Made by a program: the position numbers and the translations under genes. A DNA stretch of 64,000 nt from Klebsormidium nitens. Its lineage: Eukaryota > Plantae > Klebsormidiophyceae. The first letter of the stretch is position 1, and each line of letters opens with the position of its first letter. Of this stretch, positions 49,640 through 61,005 are shown piece by piece. The notes below the pieces were generated by a model that had not been told where the DNA came from, did no database searches, and saw only the letters and a list, made by a program, of their open reading frames with translations. The stretch spans positions 19,805-83,804 of the forward strand of contig DF237357.1 in assembly GCA_000708835.1 (NCBI GenBank). The letters run 5' to 3'.

Positions 49640-49812
49640 TCTCGTATTCGGGCGCTCGGTGCGCTATCCCCGGTGCTCGAGTTAACGCAACCGGGTGCCA
49701 TCTTTGCGCTCGAGGGCTATCCTCGGCGCTTTCATCGAAGCAATCCCGTAAACTGTAGTCCTCGGCGTTATCTTCAAACGTATCCTCGACGCTCTCCGAA
49801 GTGCGGGCCGTT
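49640..49812 (+). promoter_or_regulatory. Cluster of TATCCTCGGCGCT-like motifs upstream of Cys-rich gene A
   Basis: About 6 near-copies ending in TATCCTCGACGCTCTCCGAAGTGCGGGCCG. The regulatory role is inferred. Confidence 0.5.
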
Positions 49813-50409
49813 CACCTACCTGGCCTCGACTTCGAAGCTCTTCTAGCGTTGGCAAACGAGGGAGGAAGGATGCTCCTATGACGGGACGGTTACTCGTATG
49901 TTGTGCGTCTCACTTGTCGGAGGCCTTCCCTGCGTGTCTTGTCTTCCTGGCTTTAACTTTGACCACATTTTGGGAAGCGAACTGCGCCGCGCCGCACGCT
50001 TTTCAATGCTCTCGCAAGTCAAGTAACCAACCTGCATTACTGTAATCCACAAATACCAGAGCGAGCATTGCAATGTTCAGCAGGAGGGCGCTTTAGGAGC
50101 AGAGCGACCGGGCTTCACAGTTACTTCTTTGAAACACTTGCAGGTATTCTTTCCTTATGGCTTGACATTTGTTGAGAGGTTTCAACGGTTGTGCCAGCGC
50201 TCTGACAGGAACCTTAGCCCGCTAGCCCGCCGCACAAGTCGCCCCTTTTGTTGGGCTCGGGGGCACTCAAAATCCGTTTTGTGGAGTACAACAGTCGACG
50301 AAGCATGAGAGGGCAAAGCTTGGGGAAACGGGAACCTAAGGCGGTGCAAAGCAGCTTCGCATGACTCCGCGACAAGGAAAGTGACACCAAAACTTCTAAA
50401 ACAGCAAGC

Positions 50410-53214
50410 ATGTCTATGGCACCGGCCTTTTCGATGCCGAGTACGTTGAGAGTGCTACTGGCTATGCTGGTTCTACTGGGGGCCACGCAGGGAGCGTTAG
50501 CCCAACAACACGGTAAGTATAGTATACTCACAATGTGCTACTATATAAACGTCAGGACAAAAATATGCAGAAGGTCAAACTCGAGTCCAGAGTTCAGATC
50601 GTAGTTATGATGCGGGGTGAAAATTCAGTTTGACCCCGGAATTATGCCTCTTAAAATATTAAGCATGATCGAGACTTGCCTGATCTCCCCGCTGATTGAT
50701 TGTTCAGACGATAACCTGCAAATCGTTATGAACTGAACCTTGCCCTTTTGGCACTCCTGCATGCCTCTAACATACCTAGTTAAGGAAGGCATCTTCGTGT
50801 ACCAAGCTTCGATGGTTCTGTATTCAATGTCTAATTCGCAGACACTCGGCACAGAATGCTAGCGCTATCTCAAGATCACCCTTAAAGGGTTAAAATCTCT
50901 CTCACAGCTGTCATCTAATAGAAATGATCCGTCTGATAGGCGATGTTTCTGGAAGGGTGATAAGCTTGACCAACGCCGCGGCAATCTGACGCAGTGCTGA
51001 AACGAGCCAACCCTGGGGCCCCCGTATGACGGCAGTCTCTCTGAGAATCCTGATCGAAACCAGATAGCATACCATTTTTTGGAATCCTCGTTTCTCTTCG
51101 TTTCAGCAACTGGGGGTTGTCCAGCAACCAATCCCGCATCAGCCATTCTCACCTACACCGTGTGCAACTTCGGGACGGCCCGCGTTGGGGGCGTTGTCGC
51201 CGCTTGTGCATATGACGCGGCGGGGAATCTTGACTATTCAAGTACTTTCGGCGTGGGGCAGTGCCCATCCGACGCTTCAGGTCATTTCTTCAAAGAAAGG
51301 AGGCTCGCTTCAAGTTGTCAGGTTACAGTCTCTTTTGAGCAACTTTCTAGTTCAGTGGAAGATGTTGTCTAGTCAGTCTGATGCATAGTAAGATTGTTCA
51401 AGATGACACGAAAACAAAAACTTTGCTCGGGATAGGCTTCAAGAATTGGGCGAAAAGTGCAACAGAAATCCCAATCTCTGCGAGGAACGCTCGTCCTTTC
51501 AAGGAACGTTCTTTCAAGAAAACACGCATGAAGTTTAGAGCCCAGCATAACAGAACTTAGCCATTTATTTTCTTCGGTTTCCTAGTATGGCATGCTTGGA
51601 GGATCTTCTGTTTCACTGCTTGCTGAACACAGCACGTGCCTGATGTTGGGCGACTCTTGCAGGCATTGTTCTGAGTCTTGTCGGGAACGCGTGTCCGTTG
51701 CCTGGATACGCGACGCTCGGCGAGCGTCGATTCCGAACCCTGTCTGTTGAATGTATTTACCAAGACTACGGCTTCGATGTCTCGTTCCGGTGTACCTATG
51801 ACGTCATCGCTGGAGCTTTGACACCTCCTCCAGTTTTTGGAGCCGTCTATGACCAACCTTGTCCCGGTGAGCGATTCCCGTACTCACGGCCTTTGCAAGG
51901 GACGGTCGAGAAATGGCCGCTCCGCTCATTTTGGAAAAAGAAGCTTTTTGTGGTCCGGGTTTGTTTTCGCTGGCTGCAAACCAAAAGATACGAGGCGTGC
52001 ACTGCACGAGCAGATATGCCTGCATTATGGCAACGTCATCCACATGCTCGTAGGCTCACTCTCTTATCACACGCATCATCGTGAAAGCTTGGACGCGACC
52101 GCCACTGACAAGCATATCCAAAAGACAAAAGCCTGTTTCTGTTGATCTGCTTGCCTGACATCTTCGTTGCTTGACACCTTTCTTGCAGCCGCTCTCGTGG
52201 CCCCACCACCGGTTCCCCCTCTTCCTTCGACTCTGCCCAAACCTTCTTCGACGGTCATCTATCTACCCTCCCCTGTTCCAACTGGCCCCTCTACGGTCCC
52301 CCCTTTTCCTTCTGTGCCGCCCTCTACCCCACTGACGGTCCCCGCTCTTCCCTCCCTTCGCCCACTTTCTCCCTTACGGTCGACAATCTTCCTTTCAGTT
52401 TGCCCACTCCTACCCCCACGCCACCGAATGGTAAGGCGCATACACGTTTTGTTTTCCTTTCCCTTTTGTTTGAGCGGACTGTCTGGTGAAGCTCAGTGCC
52501 CATAAGCTTTGTTGGTTCACCTTCCTCCACTTGGTGAGAGCCTCGTCCCTTAGCAGACAAAGCAAATTTCATCCATGCATTGCGAAACGAGAGATTTGCG
52601 TTGACGGATTACAAGGTTTACATGTATCACTCCAAGAAGATGAGACGTGGTTCGCAGTGCGATGGGCACTTCTCTTGGAGCCCGTACGTTGGAGCAAGGT
52701 TATACGTATAATTGCTACCAGTAGTTGGGGTTGACTGGATTCCTGTCAAACTCAGATTGTATGGTCGCCATCCGGCCGAACCCTAACTCTGGAATTAACC
52801 TCACCCCGGTTTCCGTGGGCAGTGTGTTCTCTCAAGGAAGCTTATCTCCAACTCAGAATCCAGCCCCGGGAATACTAAGACGTGACGAAGATCCTGATTG
52901 CTCACACAAGAGCTCCGAAGGTTAGAGCTCTTGAGTTTTGACAGTTTTCTGCCAGAAAGGTCGGCATGTATCAAAAGTCTCCTTAATCAACTGATCTGTA
53001 TACTCTGCCAGGTCCGACGTCCGTCTGCCAGGCAAACGTAACATGCGCCAGCTGTCTCACTGGCTGCAACACCGACCGGAACTGTTCCGCCGGCTACATT
53101 TGCGCTGACGGCTGTCGCGGCGCTCCTCCCCCGACGTCTGTGATGATGCAAGGTTTCAAGGGCATATGCCTGCCCAATTGTGGTACCAAGCCGAATGCTA
53201 CTAACGGCTGTTAA
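50410..53214 (+). CDS. Secreted Cys/Pro-rich modular protein, paralog A (signal peptide, two 4-Cys modules, Pro-rich linker, 10-Cys C-terminal domain); linker exon is not a multiple of 3
   Basis: Exons 50410-50512 (MSMAPAFSMPSTLRVLLAMLVLLGATQGALAQ), 51107-51280 (GGCPATN...VCNFG...ACAYDAAG...QCP), 51663-51866 (NACP...ECIY...RCTY...PCP), 52189-52430 (Pro/Ser/Thr-rich, 242 nt) and 53012-53214 (CQANVTCASCLTGCNTDRNCSAGYICADGC...CLPNCGTKPNATNGC*). All have canonical AG/GT. Confidence 0.75.
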
Positions 53215-53879
53215 ATTTAAGGGCAGCGACATTAAGAGCTGGGCTTGCGTGAGACGGAGCCACTGCATGAACTTTACTAAATGTTGTGCGGAAGAAACAA
53301 AACGATAAACTACGAGTTCGCCGAGACACGTCAATCCGATTTGGGGCTTTAGTTGCGCCGGACCAGTACTGTATTGCTTCTAGGAAGTCATTCATTGTTC
53401 ACCTCTAGTAAACAGCGTCAAGATCTGAATGTACATACGTCGCTTCATGTGGCTGTTCTGTGGATGGCTGAATGTTCGAATCATGGAAGATGTCTTTTGT
53501 ATGTAAAATCCAGCGGAAAGTGCACAGTGGACAAGCGTGGCCAAATTGCATCGTGCACATGTACTTGCAAAGTATCTATAATGCCGATCGCAATATCAAT
53601 GATCCATAAGTCGACCATCATACTGGTCGCGGCCCTCGGTGAGCTTGAGGCGTCTCACATTTGATTTCAGGGACGCCGCTTAATACCACCATCATCAGGT
53701 AGAACGGTCAAGAATCAAAGTACCTTTGAATCAGAAGACAAGCGTCGACGCGCAAGACATTAAAGCGCCCCGCATCTTCCCTCCGTCCCCTAATTTCTCA
53801 CCGCAGCAAGGTCTCAAGCACGCTGTGCTGCCGCTTCAACGCGTCTGCGAAGTCAGCTTGCACTTGGCCACTAATCTCG

Positions 53880-55640
53880 ATTGTCTCGTTCCGCTCCTGC
53901 TTACGATAATAACCGCTTCAACGCCTCGGCCGAGAACAGCCTGCGCCCAACTTTAGTTTTGTGAACTCCAGTTTCTCACGTCTCCTCATATCATTCAAGT
54001 CGTAACCTGGGTCGCCCACCTTTGCCATCAGGTCTTTCGTCATCTTGGCAACCCGGAACTTCATAAAGCCGCGTAGTTGTCTTGAAAGATCGTCATTATT
54101 GTCGCTCCTAAGACGCGGCCAGACTCTCGCGATCCTGGCGCGCTTGAAAACACAGCTTTTCGTAAGCCTAGCAGCTGGATCGCATCGCGCAACGCGCGGG
54201 CGTCGCCGCTCAATCTACCGGAAGTAATTCCGCCGGAATCTTGCCGTCTTCCAAAACAGAAGCGCGCCAACTTCTAGCGCCCGCGAGGAAAGGTTGTGGG
54301 AGGCGCACCACGTGTCCTCGTCCAGCGCAGCAGCCGCACCCCGCCAAGCTCACCCACTCGATCCGCCGTCTTTTGGCTGTCAAAGTCGCTCTAGTTTATC
54401 GGCTTCTGCTTGACTTGATCTGCTTGACTTCTGCTAGGCGAGCGGAACAACCAACCAACCGGGCTAGCGCCAGACGCTCTTCCGTGTACCGTGACCATCC
54501 ATTGCCATCCGGAACGGGCCGCGAGCTAGCGGAACAGCTCGGTTCAGGCTCGCGCGCAACGGACCGGCGTGCTCAGGGGGTGCGTGCAGCTGAATGGCCG
54601 CCCGGGACGCGTCGCAACTTAATCGGCCCCGGTTCGGAACCGGAATGGCCTGCGACTTCGCGCAACGGACTGGCTGAGGTTTTCCGCGCAACGGATTGGC
54701 CCGGGTGGCCCGAGGTGCAGCGGAATGACCGACCAAGAAGCGCTGCAGCAGAACCGGGCCCGGTTCTATTGAAGATGGAAGGAGGCCGTTGGCTATTGTT
54801 GGGTCGCTTGAGACTGGGTCCGGTTGAGAATCTGTGGAATGGTCCGTGGCCGCCAGCTTTCATTGGAACACAGCCACTCATTAAGGACTGGAATGTATTG
54901 GCGCTGAACAATCTGGTAACGTACAGATTCTTCCATCAAGGCGTCTGGTCTAAAAGCCCAGCCGGAGTTCAGAAACGCCCGCGGAATAGATCTGCCGGAT
55001 CCTTTCCACTCCAACTAGAGTGGAACGATGGGCATGCCAAGCGGAGGAACGGCTTGGCCGTAAAGGGCCGACTTCTATCCCCGGCGCTCGGCGCTCTATC
55101 CTCGACGCCCTATTAGAGCTCAGCGGCCGACGTTGGCGCTCGTATCAAAGCAATCCTTGCCGCTATCCTCGGCCCTATCCTCGCAGCTAGCTGAGGAAAC
55201 TTTTCTTGGACGCCCTATTCAACCCTATTCTAGGTAGGCGCTATCCTTGGCGCCTCTTCCAGAGTTTCCTTGGCGCTAATCTCAGAGTCATGTCCTCGGC
55301 CCCCTGAATCTCGACTCTCTCCTAGGCGCTATTCTGGGCCTAAACTTGATCCAACTCTCCTTGGCGCTAATTGCCAAAGTATCCTCGGCCCGAGGGCCCG
55401 AGTCCCGGGGCCTCTCTTTCAAAGTATCATTGGCGCTGGATTCCAACCCATCCTAGTCGCTGATCTCCAAGCTATCCTCGGCGCTACTCTAGTCCACAGT
55501 ATCCTCGCCCCTATCCTCGACGCTCGCCGAGGTGCGGGCCGGTCATCTGGACTCAAAACTAATTTCATGGTGGCTTCCGAGGTAGGAAGGCTGCTCCAAG
55601 AGTTGGGACAGTGTCTCGTCCGTTGTGCGTCTCACTAGCG
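53880..55640 (+). repeat. Upstream non-coding block duplicated with the Cys-rich gene unit (homologous to about 61330-62760)
   Basis: Colinear shared anchors: GACGCGGCCAGA...CGCGATCC, CCCCGCCAAGCTCACCCACT(T)CGATCCGCCG..TTTTGGCTGTCAA, CGGAACGGG, GGCTGAGGTTT..GCGCAACGGA, GTGCAGCG.AATGACC, then the TATCCTCGGCGCT array. Confidence 0.85.
55076..55545 (+). promoter_or_regulatory. Cluster of TATCCTCGGCGCT-like motifs upstream of Cys-rich gene B
   Basis: About 15 near-copies ending in TATCCTCGACGCTCGCCGAGGTGCGGGCCG. The regulatory role is inferred. Confidence 0.55.
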
Positions 55641-55986
55641 CCTACCAGGGAAGGACGCATGTGCTCCTGCGTGAGTCAGCTGAGTCACCGAGTCAGCTTG
55701 GCTTCATCAAACCTGCTTACAGGCTTGCTCCGGTGCTAAGCTGGCTGATAATAATGTAGGGCTTGCGACCTTTCACTCTTAAGGGCGTTGGTATCAAGAG
55801 AACGGACCGCAAGATTCTTTTCATAGAAACCCCTTCTCCCTCAAAAGCAGAGCTAGCAACGGGACGGCACTTCAAGACGAAGCCTCAAAGAAAATAGGAA
55901 CCCTAAGGCCGTGCAAAGCAGCAGCGCGGAATCTCTTCAAGCCAGGTGAAGGTCTCGTCGACTCCTCTCAAGCAGCTGACGTGACT

Positions 55987-58900
55987 ATGGCAGCGGCGGT
56001 TCCGGTGCCCACTACGCTCGGCATGCTGCTGGCACTCCTGGCCATTCTGGGAGCTGCGGGGGGAGCGTCTGCGCAGACTTATGCATGTATGTGATATGTT
56101 TTCCGACAAGAGGGAACTTTGAGGCCGTACACGAGGTTGGATTCAATTTTAAGAGCGCAATGTTTGGAGTGTTTTGATATCAGTGACCGCTCTATGATTG
56201 TGTCTAAGATAGTAATGCATCCAAGAGTCATGAGACCCACCCCAGAAACCACCGTATGCTTTGTGGTATTGCGTCGCCTCACTTCCCGTTGCTTCATCTC
56301 TCGAATGATACATAGCCTGCAGATTGTACTCGGAAGAACTTAATCGTACTTAGAAAAAGTGCGTCTTGCTTGCAGATATTAAGCTAGCCAGAGACTCATT
56401 CGATCTTTGGACCGTTTGGCAAGGGATGCTATCTCAAAAATACCCGTTCAAAGGTTCAAGCTTGTCCAGCAGTTGCTTCTCAATCAAGGAAACCGGTTTG
56501 ATGAGGAGTTCTCATGGGAGAAGGGTCGAGCTGACCCACATACTTCGACGCCGTGCTCAATCATGACTTTGGCCAGTCGTAAATTAAGGCGCCCTATGAT
56601 GACAACACAGCTTCTTCTAAGCAAACTGCCAATTTCAGTGAAAATCTTAGTGGTCACTTAGTCGGTCTGTTGCTGAGTGAAAGTGTTGAAAGTAGATGAC
56701 ACCGAAATTGGCAGGTTGTTTGGGAGAAGGTGTATTTGTGAAGGTCCTTGAAATCAATTTCTCAAACATCCAATCTTTGAAAAAGTTCCTCTCCGTTTTT
56801 GTTGTCTTTGATCCAGCCGTTGGAGGGTGCCCATCCACGGGGGCCTCAATAGGGGTCCGGGAATCCATTCTCTTCCAGGTTGGGTGCCGCTTCGGCACAC
56901 CTCCAAACAACGACAACTGTTTCTATGACACAAACGGGGATCCAACCGATCCACAATGCCCATATGCGGTTGATACATCAGGTACTGTTCTCAAACAAAT
57001 GATGCTCGCTTCGACGTTAGTTTGCTTTACCATTGAAGCGGGAGAAACTGCACCATAATCACCATGACAAAATCCTGCGTAGTTATGCATCGAAGGACGT
57101 CTGAGTCGGTCCAACAGGCTCCACATATCCAGGCACTTCTTTTCTTTCTAGATCACTTCTAGCGACGGTATGTTTACAAGTTTTGCCGTCCACTGCAAAC
57201 GAAAGACGTGGTTGTTCTTGTCAACATTCGGTGACTCTCGCAGGCAATCTGAGAATCGTGAGGAACGCGTGTCCGTCTGTAGCGTATGTGGGCTCGACTC
57301 CATACCCAATCCAGGGTATCGCCTGCGTCTACAACTTCTATACCATAAGGGAATTCTGTTACTACAACTCTCGCTCTGGACAGCACATTCCGCAAATGGG
57401 GGTCTCACCGAGCGGCCAAACTGTCACTATTGGCGGCTGTCCCGGTGAGTCGACTGTAATAGTCCAGACCTGGCAGTGCCAGATAAAGAGCAGTACAGCG
57501 CTGCCGCCCATTTCTAAATATATTGGACGATTCTTAGACTACCTCATTGCCGGGTCTGCGATGGCTTGTTGGATTACTAGGAACCGAAAAGCGTATCTTG
57601 ACGACGCCCAGGCTAAAATCGCAGACGAAGAGCCATCATTGTTTCAAGATTTGAATGAGAAAGGATGCAGCGCACCCATTCTGCTTCGCAAATCGCTGCG
57701 TGTTTTGATTGGACACGTGTCAGACGCAGCGTCCAAGCGGAAAAGCGGCTTCGAAGATAATTACGTCACCCAGTCTGTTTGGAAGACATACGATGTACCG
57801 AGCAAAAAGTATCAATTGATTGCGGGTTTCCCTGTGCTTCGAAGCGTCAAAAACATCTGACTGGTTTCGGTAATAAGGAATGTCGCCTCGGGCCAGACGC
57901 GGCTTTCTTGAATGGCACATGCGAAAGAATTGTCGACACGTGTCGGCCTAATTTTCCCAATGATTAGTGGGGGGTTAAGTGGTTCAATCTGCTGATGATT
58001 CAGATTATTTTAGTGTGGGCCTTGACCAGGTCTACTTAGAATATATTTGACAAAGCTACAGCCAGAAGAAGGGGTCTTTGACCTTTGCGTACTCCCTTTG
58101 GACGGAAACCCGCAATGAGCCCATAAGTTTCATCACCTGATCTCGGTATTGCAGGCGCTCTTGTACCCGTGCCACAGCCCGCTCTTCCTACCCTTTTGCC
58201 CACTCCTACCCCCACGCCATCGAATCGTAAGGCGAACACACGCCTTGAGCTTAATTCCGATTAGTTTCAGCCGACTGTCTGGTCAAATTGGGTTTCCCAT
58301 TTCTGTTGGTCCGACTACGCCATATGCATCGAATGGTGAGACAGACACACGCTTTGATTGTTGTCTCCAAAAGTTTCAGCCGACTTTCCGTAACGCTTAG
58401 CTCCCAATCCGTATATATGTTGGTTTGCTTTCCTCTACAGGGCGAGAGACTCGTCCCTTTAGGCAGGCAAAGAAGATTTCCCGATGCCTTCATAGGAACG
58501 AGCAGCATCCAAGAATCATAGATCAATTACGGACCTGCCTAGCTCGAGGCTTTGTAGACTTTCAGCGCAGTCAATGCCCCCGTTGCTTTCATTCTCCAAT
58601 TGATAGCGTGCACTTTGTTTCCGGAACCCTCTCCCCCCTTGTGAAACTGCTGTCTATGCACAATCTGGATTGTGTGGGCATCTTAAGCTGCAGCAGCAAG
58701 CTCTTGTACGGTTTTGCAGGATCTGTGAAAACTTGCACGAAAATTGGCACGAAAATTGGCACAAAAATGCACGAAAATTGGCACGAACCAGTGCTGTCAA
58801 GCTTGACCCACCTGGCTCGACGACGTGCTCAACAATCAAGAATGATATGAGCCAATCCTCTAGGCGACAATATCTTGAGGCTCCTCAAAAACCCGATCTC

Positions 58901-61005
58901 GGACATCAAATCTCTAACATGTTCCTCGTCGACATCTCATTTTGTCTTTGGTCCAGCGATCGGAAGCTGTCCATCCACGGATAAGTCGCTGCAAGCCAAC
59001 CTGACCAGTGTCGTGTGCGGCTACGATGAACCTCCAATGTACTGTACATACGACACGAGCGGAATTCCAATATCGGATCCGAGATCATGCCCAGCCGTCC
59101 AAGTTGGTCCCACAGGTAATACTTTGAACCACGGAGGCTTGTTTTGTGCCTCGCTTTGCCTTATTGAAGTAGACGACTAGTCAACCTGATGATTATCACT
59201 TCAATGACAATATCTTCATATTTTCGCGCAAAGACACATTTAAAGTGCGTCTAACGTCAAAAAGCTTCATATCATTTCCCTTCAGCCTTGTCAACAAGCT
59301 GACTAAAGGTTCTGAATCCTGTAACAATCTGCACAATATTTCTGCTTACTTTTGCGAGGCACGAGCGTGATCCCGCCGCTTTTTTGGTGACAATTGCAGG
59401 CAGGCCGAGGATGAATCCGAATCTCATCGGAAATGCGTGTCCGGTGTATGGGTACTACTCCGCCCTCAATAAGGTTGCAGTGCGATATGCTGCTTGCATC
59501 TACAATTACATGAACACTTCATACACCAATTGTGCCTACGTCCTCACGTCCGTAGTCAACAACGTCTCAAGTGGGCAAGTGACCCCTCAAGCTGGCAACT
59601 TCCCCAACTGTCCCGGTGAGCGAAACTGCTTAAAACTACTTGGGATATATACGGACGTAATCGAAGAATTCGAACGCTGCATCTCGTCTCGACTTCCAGA
59701 AACGGACGCAGGCTTCGTCTGTCTGGGAATTGACTCCCGGTTTCGCTGTGGCTTGCGTCTGAAGTTTTACAATGAGAACCATACGCTTGATCTGCAAAGG
59801 TAGATCTCCTGATCGGTCCAAATGTGGACGGAACCGCGCCACTACCATTACGAGGTTCCTGAATTTCCATGTTACTTCAACATTTCTGATACATAGACAG
59901 TAGCAGCTGCACATGAGTGGTCAGATCAGATTTCGCACGGAACGCCTTTTCAAGAACCGTCTTCTCGAACAAATTGTTCGCTGTTCTCTCATCAGTCTGA
60001 CAAGAGCATAGTTGATGGAAATATATACAGCCTGCAGCTAAACGGCCCAAGTCGACTGAAACGAACGACTCGTTCTTTTAACAAGACAATACACAAGAGC
60101 GTGACCATATAACGATTCAAGACCCAGTGAGATCTTTGCTGCAGACGCTCTCATACCCTTTCCACCCCCGCCTGCTGCCGCCCCTCTTCAAGCATGTACG
60201 TTGGGAAACAGAAGCAGCGACGCATGCCCTGCACAGGACTGCGTTTGCGGCGGTTACGTGGGCCGCACTCTGCCCGGTAGGCATCAATCTCTCAATTCCG
60301 CATCAAAAACTCGTCTGACATACAAGATGTCGATCAACAAGTCGCAACCAGATGGAGAGTTGTTCTCGAGCTCATCCGCTGACGGAAGTTATGTTGACAT
60401 CCTAAGAGCCGAGGCAAAAGTATTATCCAGAACTCCAAACCTGAAGTTGATATGCTCGCGCAGCTCTCGTAATACCCAAAAGTCGTCCTCAGTGCCGCAC
60501 CGCGACGTTCCCTGCGCTCAAGTGATCAGCTCAAGTGCCTTACTTTTCATATCACTTGAAACCTTACCAGGGAAATTGATGTTCAGCGTTGGGCAATCGC
60601 AGTCATAATAGTTTTGCGTGATACTAGTCAAAGATCCGTAAGTAAACCTGCACACTGCATGCTTGGTCACAATCAAAGTGCTTCTATTAAGGGCACATAG
60701 ATCAGTACTTGGAGACAAACCTCAACTTCCGTCTCGGTTGACTTTTCTGACCTGAACGACATGAAAATGTTTGCCAGAAACATTCCAACTCAAGATCATC
60801 TATCCACAATCTGCCAGATACTTCGACCGTCTGCCACGCAATCGTGACCTGTGCCAGCTGTCTCACTGGCTGCAACTCCGACCGGAACTGCTCCGCCGGC
60901 TACAACTGCGCCGGCGGCTGTGGCGGCGCCCCTCCCCCGCCAGGATTCAACGGCACGTGCCTGCCCAACTGCGGCACTAAGCCGAATGCGACCAGCGGCT
61001 GTTAG
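55987..61005 (+). CDS. Secreted Cys/Pro-rich modular protein, paralog B (about 383 aa): signal peptide, [module 1-module 2-Pro linker] x2, 10-Cys C-terminal domain
   Basis: Exons 55987-56086, 56817-56981, 57244-57444, 58155-58226, 58957-59115, 59400-59615, 60145-60195, 60818-61005. All introns are phase 1 and all internal exons are multiples of 3, giving one uninterrupted frame from MAAAVPVPTTLGMLLALLAILGAAGGASAQ to CLPNCGTKPNATSGC*. Confidence 0.88.
58200..58390 (+). repeat. Diverged copy of exon end plus donor in Cys-rich gene B
   Basis: Real: CATCGAATC|GTAAGGCGAACACACGCCTTG...AGTTTCAGCCGACT (donor 58227). Copy: CATCGAATG|GTGAGACAGACACACGCTTTG...AGTTTCAGCCGACT (donor 58336). Confidence 0.8.
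58727..58786. repeat. (GAAAATTGGCAC)n 12-bp intronic minisatellite
   Basis: About 5 near-identical direct copies. Confidence 0.85.

Noticed and set aside
54241-55116. 291-aa ORF upstream of Cys-rich gene B
   Set aside because: The homologous block upstream of gene C has single-base indels and stops that break the frame. High GC explains the open frame.
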